Shown: positions 12,625 through 24,615, counted from the whole stretch's first letter. The stretch is 63,313 nt of DNA, filler included, from Olpidium bornovanus S191 (GCA_017911155.1; 28 parts of 28 records of this genome joined end to end with filler, not necessarily neighbours in it); one strand, 5' to 3'. The notes: generated by a model from the letters alone, not told the origin. A program made the numbers and translations.

Positions 12625-12830
12625 GCGCGGAAGAGTGGGGAGGGCGGAAACGCCCCCCGCCTCCCCCCTCGCTGACCAGGTCAAGGTAACGCTGCTGCGC
12701 GCGTGCGCTTCTGATCGTGCTATCTTTTCCGCGCGGGTAGGTCCATTTCAACCTGGCCGACCCCCTGGAGCACTATCATATCCCGCTGCTTCTGGCACCG
12801 TTTGGGTTCTCGACGTATCGCGGCAGCTGA
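11987..12830 (+). CDS. 5-hydroxyisourate hydrolase (transthyretin-like), complete. Exons 11987-12144, 12327-12465, 12741-12830.
   Basis: SPVTCHVLDQAAGRPAAGV...G|RTDADGRC...GVYRATFDV..YF..TFYPFVQ|VHF...EHYHIPLLLAPFGFSTYRGS* ends in the diagnostic YRGS. Confidence 0.96.
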
Positions 12831-13320
12831 GAACTCGCGGCGCGAGGCCCAGTCGAACGTGCGTTCTCTCGTCGTTCGCTCGGCGGAACAAAAAGGTTAC
12901 GGGTAGGAAGAGACGGAAACGATGGGGGGCCCTTGCCCCACGCAAGCGGTCGCCGCCGCGACCCTTCCTGGTCTGAAGAGCGCAGACGAACCCTGGCTCG
13001 ACGGGAGGAAAAGACACAAATACGAACCAGCGCACATCCCCAGCGTGATTACGTTCCGCGTCGAGTTCGACACAGGGGCCGTGCCGCACATGACCGCTTC
13101 AGAACCGGCGATGAGCGGTCGTTTTCCTGGTGGGAACTCACACCCCGACTTCTGAGCCAGATGTAAATGAAAGACGCGTCTTTCGGCTTACGATATCTGA
13201 CGGTAAAGCCGCGCTGCATGNNNNNNNNNNNNNNNNNNNNNNNNNNNNNNNNNNNNNNNNNNNNTTAATTAATTAANNNNNNNNNNNNNNNNNNNNNNNN
13301 NNNNNNNNNNNNNNNNNNNN

Positions 13321-14958
13321 AATACGCCAAACGCGATTTGAGGCTAGACGATTTCCCACAGCCGGACTTTTTCCACACGTTGGATTACGAACGGGCGTCA
13401 AAGCTCTCAAAGTTGAGTGCCGTAGACTACATATACCATGATAAAAATCTTTACGTTATGAATAACGTGAGTTTCGTTGAGCACACTGCCGTCCCCCACT
13501 TCCCTGGCCTCCCCCCTTCCCTTACCTTCCCCCCTCCCCTCTCCCCCCGGATGCTCGCACGCTTTCTCCATAAGGAAGGTTCCTGAAGTTCGGCGCCCCG
13601 CCACACTAGAACGGCGGCCGCAACCTCGCCCTGCTCCACGGCAAACATCTGCGCGCCCGGTGGATCCTTCCGTTCGACGGCAACTGCTTTCTAACCTCGC
13701 GCGGCTTCGAAGCAATAATTGAAAACCTGGAGCGCCACGGGGCCAGCACGAAACACTTCATCGTCCCGATGTCCCGCGTGATCAACAACACGGAAATCCT
13801 TGTGCCCGGTAACGACGCGCCGCCGGTCGCTCCCGCAGAGCCGCAGTTGCTCTTCCGCGCGGACACGAACGAGGCGTACAGCCTGAACATGCGTTACGGC
13901 CGGCGGTCAAAGGTGAACACGGCTTGTCCGGGAGAGACAAAGTTGACCCCCCTCTGTTCAAGGGAGCGCTGATTTTCCCCCCCAAAAACCCCCTCTCGTT
14001 TTCGCTTTCCCCCGCTTTCCGACGCGCCAAGCTCGAACTTCTCCGGCGGTTAGGCGCCGCGGAAGGCCGGCCTACGGCAGGCATGCGGGCCGCTCCGTGG
14101 GAGGCCCAGGAGCGGACGACGGATTCGCCGGAAAAGGGAAATTTCCGGTCCGCGGGATGGGTGTACCGCCTGTTTTCCGGCGAGCCGAGCCAGGAGGCTC
14201 CGAACCGCGCGGCGAGCCGGAACCGCGCTTACAAGCGTCTCCTGGCGGTGGCGGACTTCCTTGACGCCATCGACGAGGGCATCGCCCGGCGGACGTTCCG
14301 GCACTCGAACCTTTTTCTGTACAACGAGACGCGTCTTCGCCAATTTCGGCTCGGCGTCTGGGCAGGCGACGCGGCCGCCCAAAGGGAGGTGGCGTCCGTG
14401 CTCGAAGGCGCGGCAGGAGCGGCCGAGGCCGCCCGCATAATGGGCTCCCGGGCATCGGCGTGCGGCGACGGCGTCGCGGCAGGCCGTGCGCTCCGGATTA
14501 CGGACCCCGGCGCCCTGGACGACGTCCTGCGGAACATTACCATTCTCGCGCTGGCGCACTACTTCTCCGGGGAAGTCCGCCACGCCCACGCCGGCGCGAA
14601 TCTGGCCAGGATGTGCCTGCTCGGCGAACCGCCCAAAGAACTCGAGCCGGATTTCGGGTTCGAAGCCGTCCCTTTCGCAATCTCGGACGAGACTTCACTT
14701 CTAGGGCCGGCGGCGGCGGTACCGGCAACGTTTTCGTGCCCGACGCCCGCCGCACGACGGCCGGACGTTTTCGACACCGCGAACGGCGCAGCCGCCGCCG
14801 GTGCCGGCTCCGAATCTTGGCGGTGGTTCGTCGACCCCGAGGCGCTGTCGAAAGTGGACGTGTCGCACGCGCTGGACGGCTTCCGGTTGCTGAGGCGAGC
14901 GAAAGCGCTGACGCAGCGGGAACTCGCCGCGCTCAGGTCGCTGGCGGCGGACCACATG
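13321..14958 (+). CDS. Alginate-lyase-domain family protein with an N-terminal glycosyltransferase-like region (internal fragment). Exons ..13465, 13610-13912, 14032-..
   Basis: Spliced translation DFPQPDF..DYIYHDKNLYVMNN|NGGRNLAL..WILPFDGNCF..FIVPMSR..EPQLLFR..MRYGRRSK|LELLRRLGA..AGWVYRLFSG..LALAHYFSG. I recall this motif series from early-diverging-fungal proteins annotated as alginate lyase domain-containing. Confidence 0.75.
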
Positions 14959-15058
14959 NNNNNNNNNNNNNNNNNNNNNNNNNNNNNNNNNNNNNNNNNN
15001 NNTTAATTAATTAANNNNNNNNNNNNNNNNNNNNNNNNNNNNNNNNNNNNNNNNNNNN

Positions 15059-16166
15059 ACGCTGTTGTAGACGCCCACGAATTCCAGGATCTGCCGTCGT
15101 CGGGGGTCGCATTACCATCAATATTTTGCGGGGCGGCGAAGCTCGGTCAATAGACTTCGTCGACGCCGGCCAGTCCATGAAAAAAGCAATTCTGCCCAAA
15201 AAAAATCAGCCCCAAGTGGGATTCCGAGCCGCAGACGAGTCGCGTTTCCAGTCCGCCGTACTTCTATCACGTGGGAACAACAGCATCCATACTGCTACCG
15301 AAAAAAATCCCCCCCCCCTCCCCCCTCCCCCCGCGCTTCCACCGCAGATTTGTTTGCAAACTTGTTTCCGCGCGGGAATTCCCGTCACATCCTCCCAACA
15401 GTTCCAATTGGGGGTGCTACGGATGCCCGGCGTTCCACGTCCCGCTGTTTTCGCGGCCGGTTCTGCCTTGAGGTTGTGTTCCCCTACAAAAAAAAAAAAA
15501 AAACAAAAAAAAAAAAAAATTCCATAAAGTCTCCGGGCTCCCCGCACCTTTACAATGGCCAGCGGCGTGCACGGTATGATGCACTTGTGCCTCTGCTCCT
15601 CGTCGATGAAACGGATGTTGTGGAACATGTTGTACCGCCACCTGTGGCACAGGCCCTCGACGTCCTTAAGCGGCACGACGGAGTTGCGGACGTACGTATC
15701 CCGCTCGCCGTTCCAGACTGGGTAATAGACCATGATTCCGTGCACCGCCGGGTCGTCGTTGGCCCTATCCAACTCGGCCTCGAGCGCCTGCCGGGAGACC
15801 TTGCGGAGGGCGAAGTCCATGCCGGTCTCCGCGCACGTCTTCGACGTCCATTCGGCGTACTTGGCCGCCGCCGGGTCTTCGTTGGCCAGGAACCCGACGA
15901 GCTTCGGGTTGACTCCCTCGGCTTTGAGCTGCTTGATTTTCAGCTTGAGCTCCTCCCTTTTTGTGGTGGGGGAAGAGCGAAATAAACGAAACGAATAGGA
16001 AAAGGGGAAAAAAATAAGGGAATACCGAAAACTCGAGGCTTTTAGGGTGTGGAAAAGACGAAAGGTTCTTTCCCCGCGCACGGTTTGCGGCCAAAGGGGA
16101 GGAACTTTCGCTACGGCACCTGAAAGGGGCGGACACCTCCGCTGCGCTGATGACTTTGCAGGGCAT
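15059..16166 (-). CDS. MTD1: NAD-dependent methylenetetrahydrofolate dehydrogenase, 3'-truncated. Exons 16166-16120, 15956-~15555, ~15091-..
   Basis: MPCKVISAAEVSAPFR|EELK..PKLVGFLANEDPAAAKYAEWT..VHGIMVYYPV..KDVEGL..CIIPCTPLAIVK|ILEFVGVYNS. Confidence 0.94.
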
Positions 16167-16441
16167 GGCAGGTGGGGGGTCGCCGGCGGCTGCGACGAAG
16201 GAGGCGACGACGGCGCGGCACACGTTGTTGCGAGGCAGGAGCGAGGGGCAGGCAAAGGCAAAGAAGAAGCGCCGTAACGGGAGCGTCGCAAGGCGATTGG
16301 CGACAAGCATACACCGGAGGTAGCGCGCGCGGTGGACGTCCCCCGCCTCCCGTTCGCCTTCCCCCACAGAGCGCTGCGGGGACGCCTCCTTCGTGTGGCT
16401 GGTCGGGCAGAGAGGGTGGGGGTGCGTTTCCCCGGCCGGGT

Positions 16442-16501
16442 GGAGCCGGAAAGAGTGCGAAGGTACAAATCGGAGCCGGAAAGAGTGCCAAGGTACAAAT
16501 C
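16442..16501. repeat. Two tandem 30-bp copies upstream of MTD1
   Basis: GGAGCCGGAAAGAGTGC(G/C)AAGGTACAAATC x2, one mismatch. Confidence 0.9.
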
Positions 16502-17160
16502 TTCGCATCGCACACGTGTATGCTAAATACTTTCAACGGTTGAATCCATTTATCAATTTGGGTTAGTGACATATTTAGGTTTCAGTTTGCATTGCAAAAG
16601 CCTGTGTCCGAGCAATCGTATGCAAAATAAATTTGATTACACTGCTATCATTTGACTACTGTTTCGGTCTGCGAACCAGGAGCAAAGAGATGGTGCCTGA
16701 AAGGTAAAGACGCCCAGGCAGTGAGTATCCCAATGTGGAGAGGCACGCGGGCATTATTCTGAGCACCTTGCTTGGCTATTTGGGAAGGGATGTCAATCCA
16801 CAAATGCCCCTCCATTATTAGTACCGCAAATATTGGTATAAGCTTCGACCCATAGCGCCAGACGGTGAACCGGTGTAAATTGGAGCGGCAAAGGATGTAT
16901 TCGGACGGAGGACGGAATTCCCGAGTACGGCAGCCGCTCCATGCAGGTACCCCGCGCGCCACAATGTGTGTGTGTGTGTGCGCGCGCGCGCGCGATGTGC
17001 AAGTATATTTATATACTTGTTCGTATGATAACGCACATCCTGCCCGTCAGAAACGTCAATNNNNNNNNNNNNNNNNNNNNNNNNNNNNNNNNNNNNNNNN
17101 NNNNTTAATTAATTAANNNNNNNNNNNNNNNNNNNNNNNNNNNNNNNNNNNNNNNNNNNN

Positions 17161-18820
17161 AGTGCCCATTTTCAGCAGGTTCGCGGCATCGTCAACCTTG
17201 CCCAGGTGGAGCCAGTAGTCTGCGGCGTCGTACCTTGTGCGGAGGCCAAACGGACCAGCGTCAGAAACCACGGCACCATGACGAGCATCGAAGGAAGGCG
17301 TTCGGGCACGCTCCCCGTCTTGCCGAGGTCACTGGAAGGGGCCGCCGGCCCGTCTGAGGCAAGACGTGTGTCCGAGGCTCGTTGCACCCAACATACCACA
17401 TCTCAGGATAGAACCGCAATACCAGCAGCGCCTGTTTGTAAGCGTAAATTATCCGGGCAGCCAACGCGGGCGAGTCCTCGTCGAGCTGAAGAGGGTTCGA
17501 CTTCTCCCAGGCGATGTACCGTTTCCATTGCTCGAGCTGGTGAACGTGCAACGTACGGGTGGGCGGGTGACACCGGATTACGGCGGAAGAGGGGCGACCG
17601 CACAGTAGCGACCAAAAATCGGGCGGCCAGCAGATAACGGGGCCCAACAGATGCCAAACGACAGCCGGCGTTGGGGGCATTGTGGTATAGGCAACCACGA
17701 GTTGCGCCGATGTGAACGAGAAAATCACCCAAGCAAGCCGTTGGAATTATTGTTGAAAGGTTCCGGACGTCATGTGTAGGCAACAATCCCATAGTCCGAA
17801 AATCACCGGCACACGACCGGGCATTGGAAAGGAAGAGTTAAGGACACCGTCAATACATCGATCCAAGAAATCCCAAATGTGGTTTTCGGCGTCTTCGCCA
17901 GATGCACTCTAAAGACACTTTCCGCACGACCCGCAAATCTCGGACCCTGGTGGCAGAGCTTTTTCTTCTTCAACTGTACGTTCTTGTATATAATGTGCGT
18001 CCCGTTCGACAACCAGGACCGATACTCGCCGCTGGTAAAAGAAAGACGCCGCCATCCCGCCCTCCCTTCCCCCTGCTCCTCCCCCCCCTCCCCCCCTCCC
18101 CCAACTTCCAGCCCCACCCACCCCACCCTCGACAACAGGAAACAAAAGAAAATAACGAGACGCAGGAAAAATCCACCAAACGCCAAGGCCATCGTCGCGC
18201 AATGCGATCCCCACACCCCCTGTAACATTTGCGTTTAAAGTGTCACGAACCTGGTTAACCTCTTTGGAGGTCCACTTAGGTGGTCTGGCGAGTGCCGAGC
18301 GGCTGATTCCCTCCGTGACGGACCTGATCTCCCTGACGGCGGCGCGGGCGGTCATGTAGGCGGGGCTCTTGTCCGCCAGGAACTTTTTCGCCGTGACGCG
18401 GTTGAGGCTGTTCTCGAATGCGTCGTATTCCCTCCAGAGGTGCTCGACGTTGGCGAGCGGGGTGGAGACGGCGCGGTGGTAGGCTTTGCGCATAGCGTCC
18501 ATCTTTTGCTGCTCCTCCCACGTGCCGTTCACGTCGGCCAGTTTTTGGAAGTAAAGATAGTCGGCCCAGATAGGACCCGAGTCCCTGTCCAGGCCCACGT
18601 ACTGCAGCACAAATTCGTACGCCTTCGAGATCACGCCTCGCGCGGCCAGCGTCCTCGGTTTGCCCTTGTCATCCGTGTTGATCCGCCGGATGTACGCCAG
18701 ATAAAACCGCCACAAATCCACGCTCAGCACCGAGCGGAGGCATCGCGCAAAAATCGCCTCGACTTTCTCCAGCTCCTCCAGACGCAGCTCGTATTCCGCG
18801 TACTGGATCCAATGCCGCGC
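17161..18820 (-). CDS. RNA14: mRNA 3'-end processing factor Rna14/CstF-77 (HAT repeats), internal fragment
   Basis: HWIQYAEYEL..VEAIFARCL..LSVDLWRFYL..VGLDRDSGPIW..MRKAYHRAV..VEHLWREYDAFE..|LEQWKRYIAWEKSNPL..YAYKQAL..FYPEMW|YDAADYW. Confidence 0.95.
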
Positions 18821-19905
18821 CTAAGTAAACGCACAGAGGGAGAGAGGGAAAGCGAGAGACAAAGTGTTGGACGTGAGCACGGTGGAAAACAACCGCCTGC
18901 GAATTTGCATGGNNNNNNNNNNNNNNNNNNNNNNNNNNNNNNNNNNNNNNNNNNNNTTAATTAATTAANNNNNNNNNNNNNNNNNNNNNNNNNNNNNNNN
19001 NNNNNNNNNNNNCATGAAGGCAACAAGAAAAAAAATTCTAGCACAGAGCCGATATCCCAAACTCAACAGAGAGAAAGTTCTAATGTGGGAGGCTGAAGTA
19101 TCACGATGCCAACAAGGGCGAAATTTCTAGCACGACGTGCCGAATATAATGAAGCTAACAAAATGTAGGGTTTTACTGTTCCAAAGTGACTTCAATACTT
19201 CCCCTTTTTTTTGGCAGTTTCTGCTCGGCTGCCAAAACTACCGACTCGGCAGACTGTTTGCCGCTGCAAGCTTCACGCCACCGGAACTCGGGATTAACGA
19301 ATCAGCAAGAGGCACAGTTCCAAAGCCGCCTTTCAGCCGTTTCTCCTACGGACGAATGCACCTGTTTCTTCTGTTCAACCTCCCTTTTTTTTCTCTTCCT
19401 TCTTCGAATTGCATCTGCTGCCCCGATCAAATTGTCTGGGAGTTCCAACCCGCGTGAGCAGCTCGGGCGCGTGCAGCGGAGCGGGGGCCAGCGGCCCCGA
19501 AAGCCAGCCGCGGGAGGGGCGCGTGTTCCTTTGGGAAGAGCGGGGAGAACCGCTTTCCCAACAAGACCGGCCCGGCCCCGGCGGCGGCAGGGCGTTTGGT
19601 TTAGGCGTGCTGGGCTCGAGGAACTCTTGAATACTTTTTTTTCTTTTTTTTTTTTTTTTTTTCTTTTTTTTTTCCGGCCGAAAAAAAAACACGGTCAAAA
19701 AAAAAAAAAACAAAAAAAAAAGTATTCGGCCGCCGACACGCGCACGTAGAAAGAAGAGGGGAAGAGGTGAGGAAACGATTGAACGACACAAAAAAAAAAA
19801 AAAAAAAAAAAAGGAAAAAAAAAGGAAAAAAAAAAAAGCCGAGAGAAAGAGAGAGTGAGAGAGCGCGCCCCCTCAAACACGCGCAAACGCGACCGCGCGC
19901 GAACA

Positions 19906-21627
19906 ATGCCGCCGTTTTTCGCCGCTGAAGGACTGGCAGGTGTGGCGGCTTCGCTGGTCTCGATCGTGTTGACCCCCTACCGGCGCTGCGTCGGCAGCCA
20001 CGAAGCGACGGCCGCGGGTGAGGATCCCTCGCCGGACGTGCTTGCACCACGAGGGGCGAAGGGGCCCGGGGAGGGCGGGAGCGCCGGGGAGAACCCGGAG
20101 AGCAGCAGACCCGCCGCCTCCCCCGTGTGTGGCCGGGGCAACCCCGCCGGTGGTCACCCCACGCCGTGGCTGGCGGGGGCTCGCCGGTCGCATAGGCCTT
20201 GGCGCAACGGCGGGGCGCACCAGCCGTATAAGGAGAATGCGCCCGCCCAAACGCCGAACAGTTACCGGTTCGACGAGGGCCCCCGCGGCCGGAATCAACC
20301 CCGCACGCGCTCTCTTCCGCTGAGCATTTACCGCTTCGACGAGTCCCCCCGCAGCCGCCGCGGGCGTCGCGAATCGCCGAGAAGGCAGGAGGCCAGCAAG
20401 GTTTGTGGAAGAGACGCGCGCGACTGTTTTCGCGGCCGGCCGGGAGCGGCGCAGGGTGGCGAGAGCAGCACCCGGAAGGGGGAGCGGACGCTGTCGGTCT
20501 ACGAGCGTGATTACGAACAAAACACCAACGTGCAGGCGAATTGGACCGTTCGAAGCTTGGACCAGTCCCGAGCCGATGTGGATCGTTGTCAACCGCGAAA
20601 GCGAAAGCAGGCGCCTGGCCGCGATGCTTCCAGAGGTTTCGACCGTCACGACGTTCTTAGAGAATCCGGCCGTCACGACATTTCCGGAGATCCCGACCGT
20701 CCCGACGTCCCCGGAGAACCGCCTGCGGCAGGCGCAAATTCATCCCACCGCCTGTCGAAACGACAGCGGGTCGCAGAAGAGGAGCTCAACAGTTTGAAGA
20801 AGGACAAGGAGGAATTATTGCGATCCGCCGCCCGTCGGCGGAGGTTGCGCAACGTCAAAAACAGGCAGGATCCTTTCAACGCTGTTTTGAAAGATGCGGG
20901 CAAATCTACGAGGAATATGACGCAGCCTTGGAAACATGACGATATTCTCTCCGGTTTTGCCGACAAGCACGGCGTCGTCGGACCGTATATCGTCCCGGAC
21001 GAGGTGCCACGAAGTTTGGCGGATAAGCGTGCTATTATATAAATGATGTTACAAGGCATGTTAGTTGCTTGACGCTGTTTTAACCATTGTACTCCGCAAC
21101 GCGCGGCGCCTTGGCCATCGGTCCGCAGAACGTGGAACCCCACAAGAAATTTGTCGTCCGGCGGGCACCAAGGCCATACAAAGTTTTTGAGGTTGCCAAC
21201 AACGCGTTTGAGGTCCACCGGCATTACTGGGCCGGCGACAGTAAGGTGTGTTTTACGCAGGAGGCGCCTTAACCGTCGTCGTCCCACCGAATTTTGTCCA
21301 CCTTGCCGTGTTGACGTCCCATCCCGCCTTCGCCCCAGCCGGAAACGTCCTCCAGGAATCACGGCACTTCTGCGGGAAATGAATGGGTGCTTGGGGAAGC
21401 AAATGATGCGCCCCTACCACCGCCGGCGGATCCTGCAGTCGACGAATTGACGCGTATGGAAGCAGCTGATGCTGCCCTTACGCATATCAGCAATCTGCTC
21501 GGCAGCTGGCCCGACGGACGCACGCCAGTGGAGGCGGCCGATGTGGCCCTTCCTGCCTCTCCGGACCGGGAACGGGCCAAACAGGACGAGGACAGGTTCA
21601 TTGCGGAGTTTGGCAAACGTGTGCATG
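19906..21627 (+). CDS. Hypothetical multi-exon protein (disordered N-terminus, coiled coil), 3'-truncated
   Basis: A 1.1-kb open frame, followed by exon-like blocks NVEPHKKFVV..HYWAGDSK and PETSSR..ALTHISNLLGSW..FIAEFGKRVH bounded by cag/gt. No family recognised. Confidence 0.4.
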
Positions 21628-22124
21628 NNNNNNNNNNNNNNNNNNNNNNNNNNNNNNNNNNNNNNNNNNNNTTAATTAATTAANNNNNNNNNNNNNNNNN
21701 NNNNNNNNNNNNNNNNNNNNNNNNNNNCCCGGGGGGGGGGGGGGGTTTTCCCCCAAAGGGGGCCCCCCCCCCCCCCCCCCCCCCTACCCCGTTCCCTCTT
21801 CCCCCCGGCCCTGGCAGACCGACACACGCACCGCGTCGCACAGCCGCTCGCGCCTTCTTCGCTCCTCCTCCGCGTCTCCTACCCCGCCGCGGGCGCCTCC
21901 TCCTCCTCCTCCTCCTCTTCCACGCATTCCTCCTTCCCCTCCTCGTCGTCCCCCCGAAGAGGCGAAGCGCCTATCCAAAGAAGAAGAAGAGGAAGGGTAG
22001 GGGGGAGGCGGCACGCCGGCCGCCGCGCGAAGCTCGCCCGCGGCGGCCCTTGGGGAGACTCCGGGCCCTTCGGCGAGCATTCTTCCCCTTTCCGCCGGGG
22101 ACGTGCGGGTTTGGGGGGCGAAGG

Positions 22125-22156
<32 letters not shown>

Positions 22157-22221
22157 CTTCGGGTGAGGGGGAAGACGAGGGGGGGAAGAAAACTTCCACC
22201 GTTTGTAAAGAAAAATGCGGG

Positions 22222-22262
<41 letters not shown>

Positions 22263-23911
22263 AGGGGTAACGCTGATGAGGTTCCATGTGCTTGAGCCTG
22301 CGAGAGTCTTCGCCGGTCAGGACCGATATTGGTCGCACCGTGGTAAAAGGGCGTTCGGAAGTCAAATTTTGCCGGAACCAGGCGAGCTCTCGTCGGGCGT
22401 CGGGGGCCGCCGTGATTTCTGCCACTGAACTGCTGTGCGCGGGATGTCTGTCTGTCTGCCGCGGCGCCAGGTGACCAGGTCCCCTCCGCGAAACACAACT
22501 CAACCCGTAATTCTGCGACGATCTTTTGCAGAACAAGCCCCGTCTTTATCCCGTGAAGGTGGTGATGGCGAGCGGAAGACCGGGCGTGCCGTGGGGAAAG
22601 GGCGGTGTGCGAGGTGCCGGAGAACACCCGATGAGCATCTCGATACAAAGAGCCGGAATGCGCTTCAGATGGCCGAAGGCGCGGCCATTTGGTTGGCTGC
22701 AAAGCGGATTAGAAAACTGCCGGAAGTTGTGATATCGGGGTTCTGTTCATCTCTTCAAGTAGAGCGAGGAGGCCAAGCATTTGAGGAATTCAGTGCGATC
22801 TGGGAGGAATTTCTTCATCACGGGTAGTAAATGACCCGATCGCTGATGGACCGAGCGGGGTAGCTACCGCACGGGATTTGCCGAGATAAAACCGAGCCAG
22901 GAGTTCGTTGATGTGGTGTTCCTGAAAAAAAAAAGCCGTCATTTTACCTTGACCCGTTGTCGCAGGGATTTGGCCAAGACAGCCAGAGAGTATGAGTGGC
23001 AATTGTCGTTGAGCATCCGTAATGATAGTAGAAACCAGAGAATAGGGTTAAGACCCATAACGAGAATGACATCTACCCGTGTGCACAAAAGCAGACAGAC
23101 AAGGGAGAAGGTGTTGTAACACGTCGCGGGGAACGGGATCGGCGGTAGCATTTCTTCCTCGACAGATTTGACGGGTCTGATGAGCGGGTGTTTGCACCGT
23201 GCGCTGTTCACTTTACTTTACGGATTACTGTTTATGTTTTTATTCCCAAACCGTTAGGTTACGCGGAGGCGGACGAACGACGGGAGAGAGGGCAAATACG
23301 GGCGCAGGGCAATGGTGCTGATAACGTGTTATAGAAAGCTTCTTCTTCTTTCCGTCTTCCTCTCTTCTCTCCTTTGTTTGCGGTTTTGGACGGCGGGAGG
23401 GATAAGCCCACTGGAACTCCCCTCCCGGTCTTTAGCATCTTTGATCACATAAAACCGTAGAGCGCACTCTTACGGCTCACAACAGGCTTTCGCAGTCACG
23501 CCACGTAACCATTAATGTCATGCCNNNNNNNNNNNNNNNNNNNNNNNNNNNNNNNNNNNNNNNNNNNNTTAATTAATTAANNNNNNNNNNNNNNNNNNNN
23601 NNNNNNNNNNNNNNNNNNNNNNNNCATGGGCCCCCCTTGATTGGGGGCCCGAACAATAAGGAGAAGCGGACGGTACATCGAGCTCGAGTGGTGGGTATTG
23701 AAGTCGGGCGAAGAGCATTGGGATCGAGCGGAGGGCTTCGAGCTCGAGCGAGAGGCATCAAAATCGAACGGAGAGCATCGAGGTCAAACGGTACATCGAT
23801 GGAAGGCAGCGCGTTGAGCGGAGGAGGGAGGGAATAATAGAGTGTCCACTACAGACGGTTGGGCTGGACGCTTAGCGGATACGGCTGCCACTTTCTCGTT
23901 CCTGATATACA

Positions 23912-24165
23912 GGTACAGAGGGTACCTGCCCGCACCGCAGCGGGCACAGTTCATGCGCCATCGGCAGCTTGTCAACGCGTTCGTGGATCAGCGTATCCGG
24001 CGGCGGTCGCTCGCCGACCTTGGGGGGGACCTTCGAGAGAGCGGCACCTCCTTATTCAATGACAGTGAGCAACGCTATCTGGATCCTGGCAGGGCAAACG
24101 AGCCCCGAGACCGGGGGTGCTGGGCCTGGACTATGCGCGACCTGGTGTACAACCCCCTGATGTGA
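23912..24165 (+). CDS. Possible terminal exon of an unidentified protein
   Basis: After tacag the frame reads YRGYLPAPQRAQFMRHRQLVNAFVDQRIRR..RGCWAWTMRDLVYNPLM*. Confidence 0.3.
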
Positions 24166-24273
24166 GCCAGGGCGTTCGGGCGCAGAGGGTGAAAGAGTCA
24201 GGAGCCTCTGCGGTCGTTTGCCAGTCTCACACGCCCTAGCATCAAGACATTTGAAGAGTCTTTCGGACATCCT

Positions 24274-24422
24274 TGTTGGTATTCAAGCCGTAACGTGCTT
24301 CCAGAACCCCTGAAAATTCAAGCCTTACATAGACAGCCCTCCTTCCTTCACCCTGTCTCTCTGTACCTCTGTCTCCCTACACACACAATAAAAAGGCGCA
24401 ACAACCAACAGGTTATGAGCCC
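24274..24422 (+). mobile_element. Putative short 5' LTR (24274-24410) plus primer-binding site GGTTATGAGCCC (24411-24422) of a Ty3/Gypsy element
   Basis: Ends TGTTGGT...ACCAACA form a 7-bp terminal inverted repeat. AATAAA lies at 24387. The same 12-mer follows the LTR end at 42429-42440 in another contig. Confidence 0.6.
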
Positions 24423-24439
24423 AAGGCTCCGCTGACCGC

Positions 24440-24615
24440 ACACCGCGCTTCGCTGTTGCCGCACCGCGCTTCGCCGTCGTGCACCGCTTCGCCGCCGCAA
24501 CCCGCGCTTCGTCGCAGCCACAACGCCATCCGCGCTTTGTCGCGTGCCGTTGCCGCCATCCGCGCTTCGTCGCCCGCCGTCGCCGCAACCCGCGCTTCGT
24601 CGCCACCAGCGCCGC
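24440..24615. repeat. Degenerate minisatellite, 7 copies of core CCGCGCTT(C/T)G
   Basis: Cores at about 24443, 24464, 24484 (variant), 24502, 24530, 24560 and 24590, with spacing 18-30 bp. Confidence 0.85.

Noticed and set aside
22260-23211. Several exon-like minus-strand blocks (e.g. RRELAWFRQNLTSERPF.., MSFSLWVLTLF..)
   Set aside because: I could not assemble a consistent frame or recognise a family, so they are left uncalled.
23665-23805. TCGA-rich stretch with short direct repeats (CGGTACATCGA x2, CGAGCTCGAG x2)
   Set aside because: Too short and degenerate to define a unit or function.
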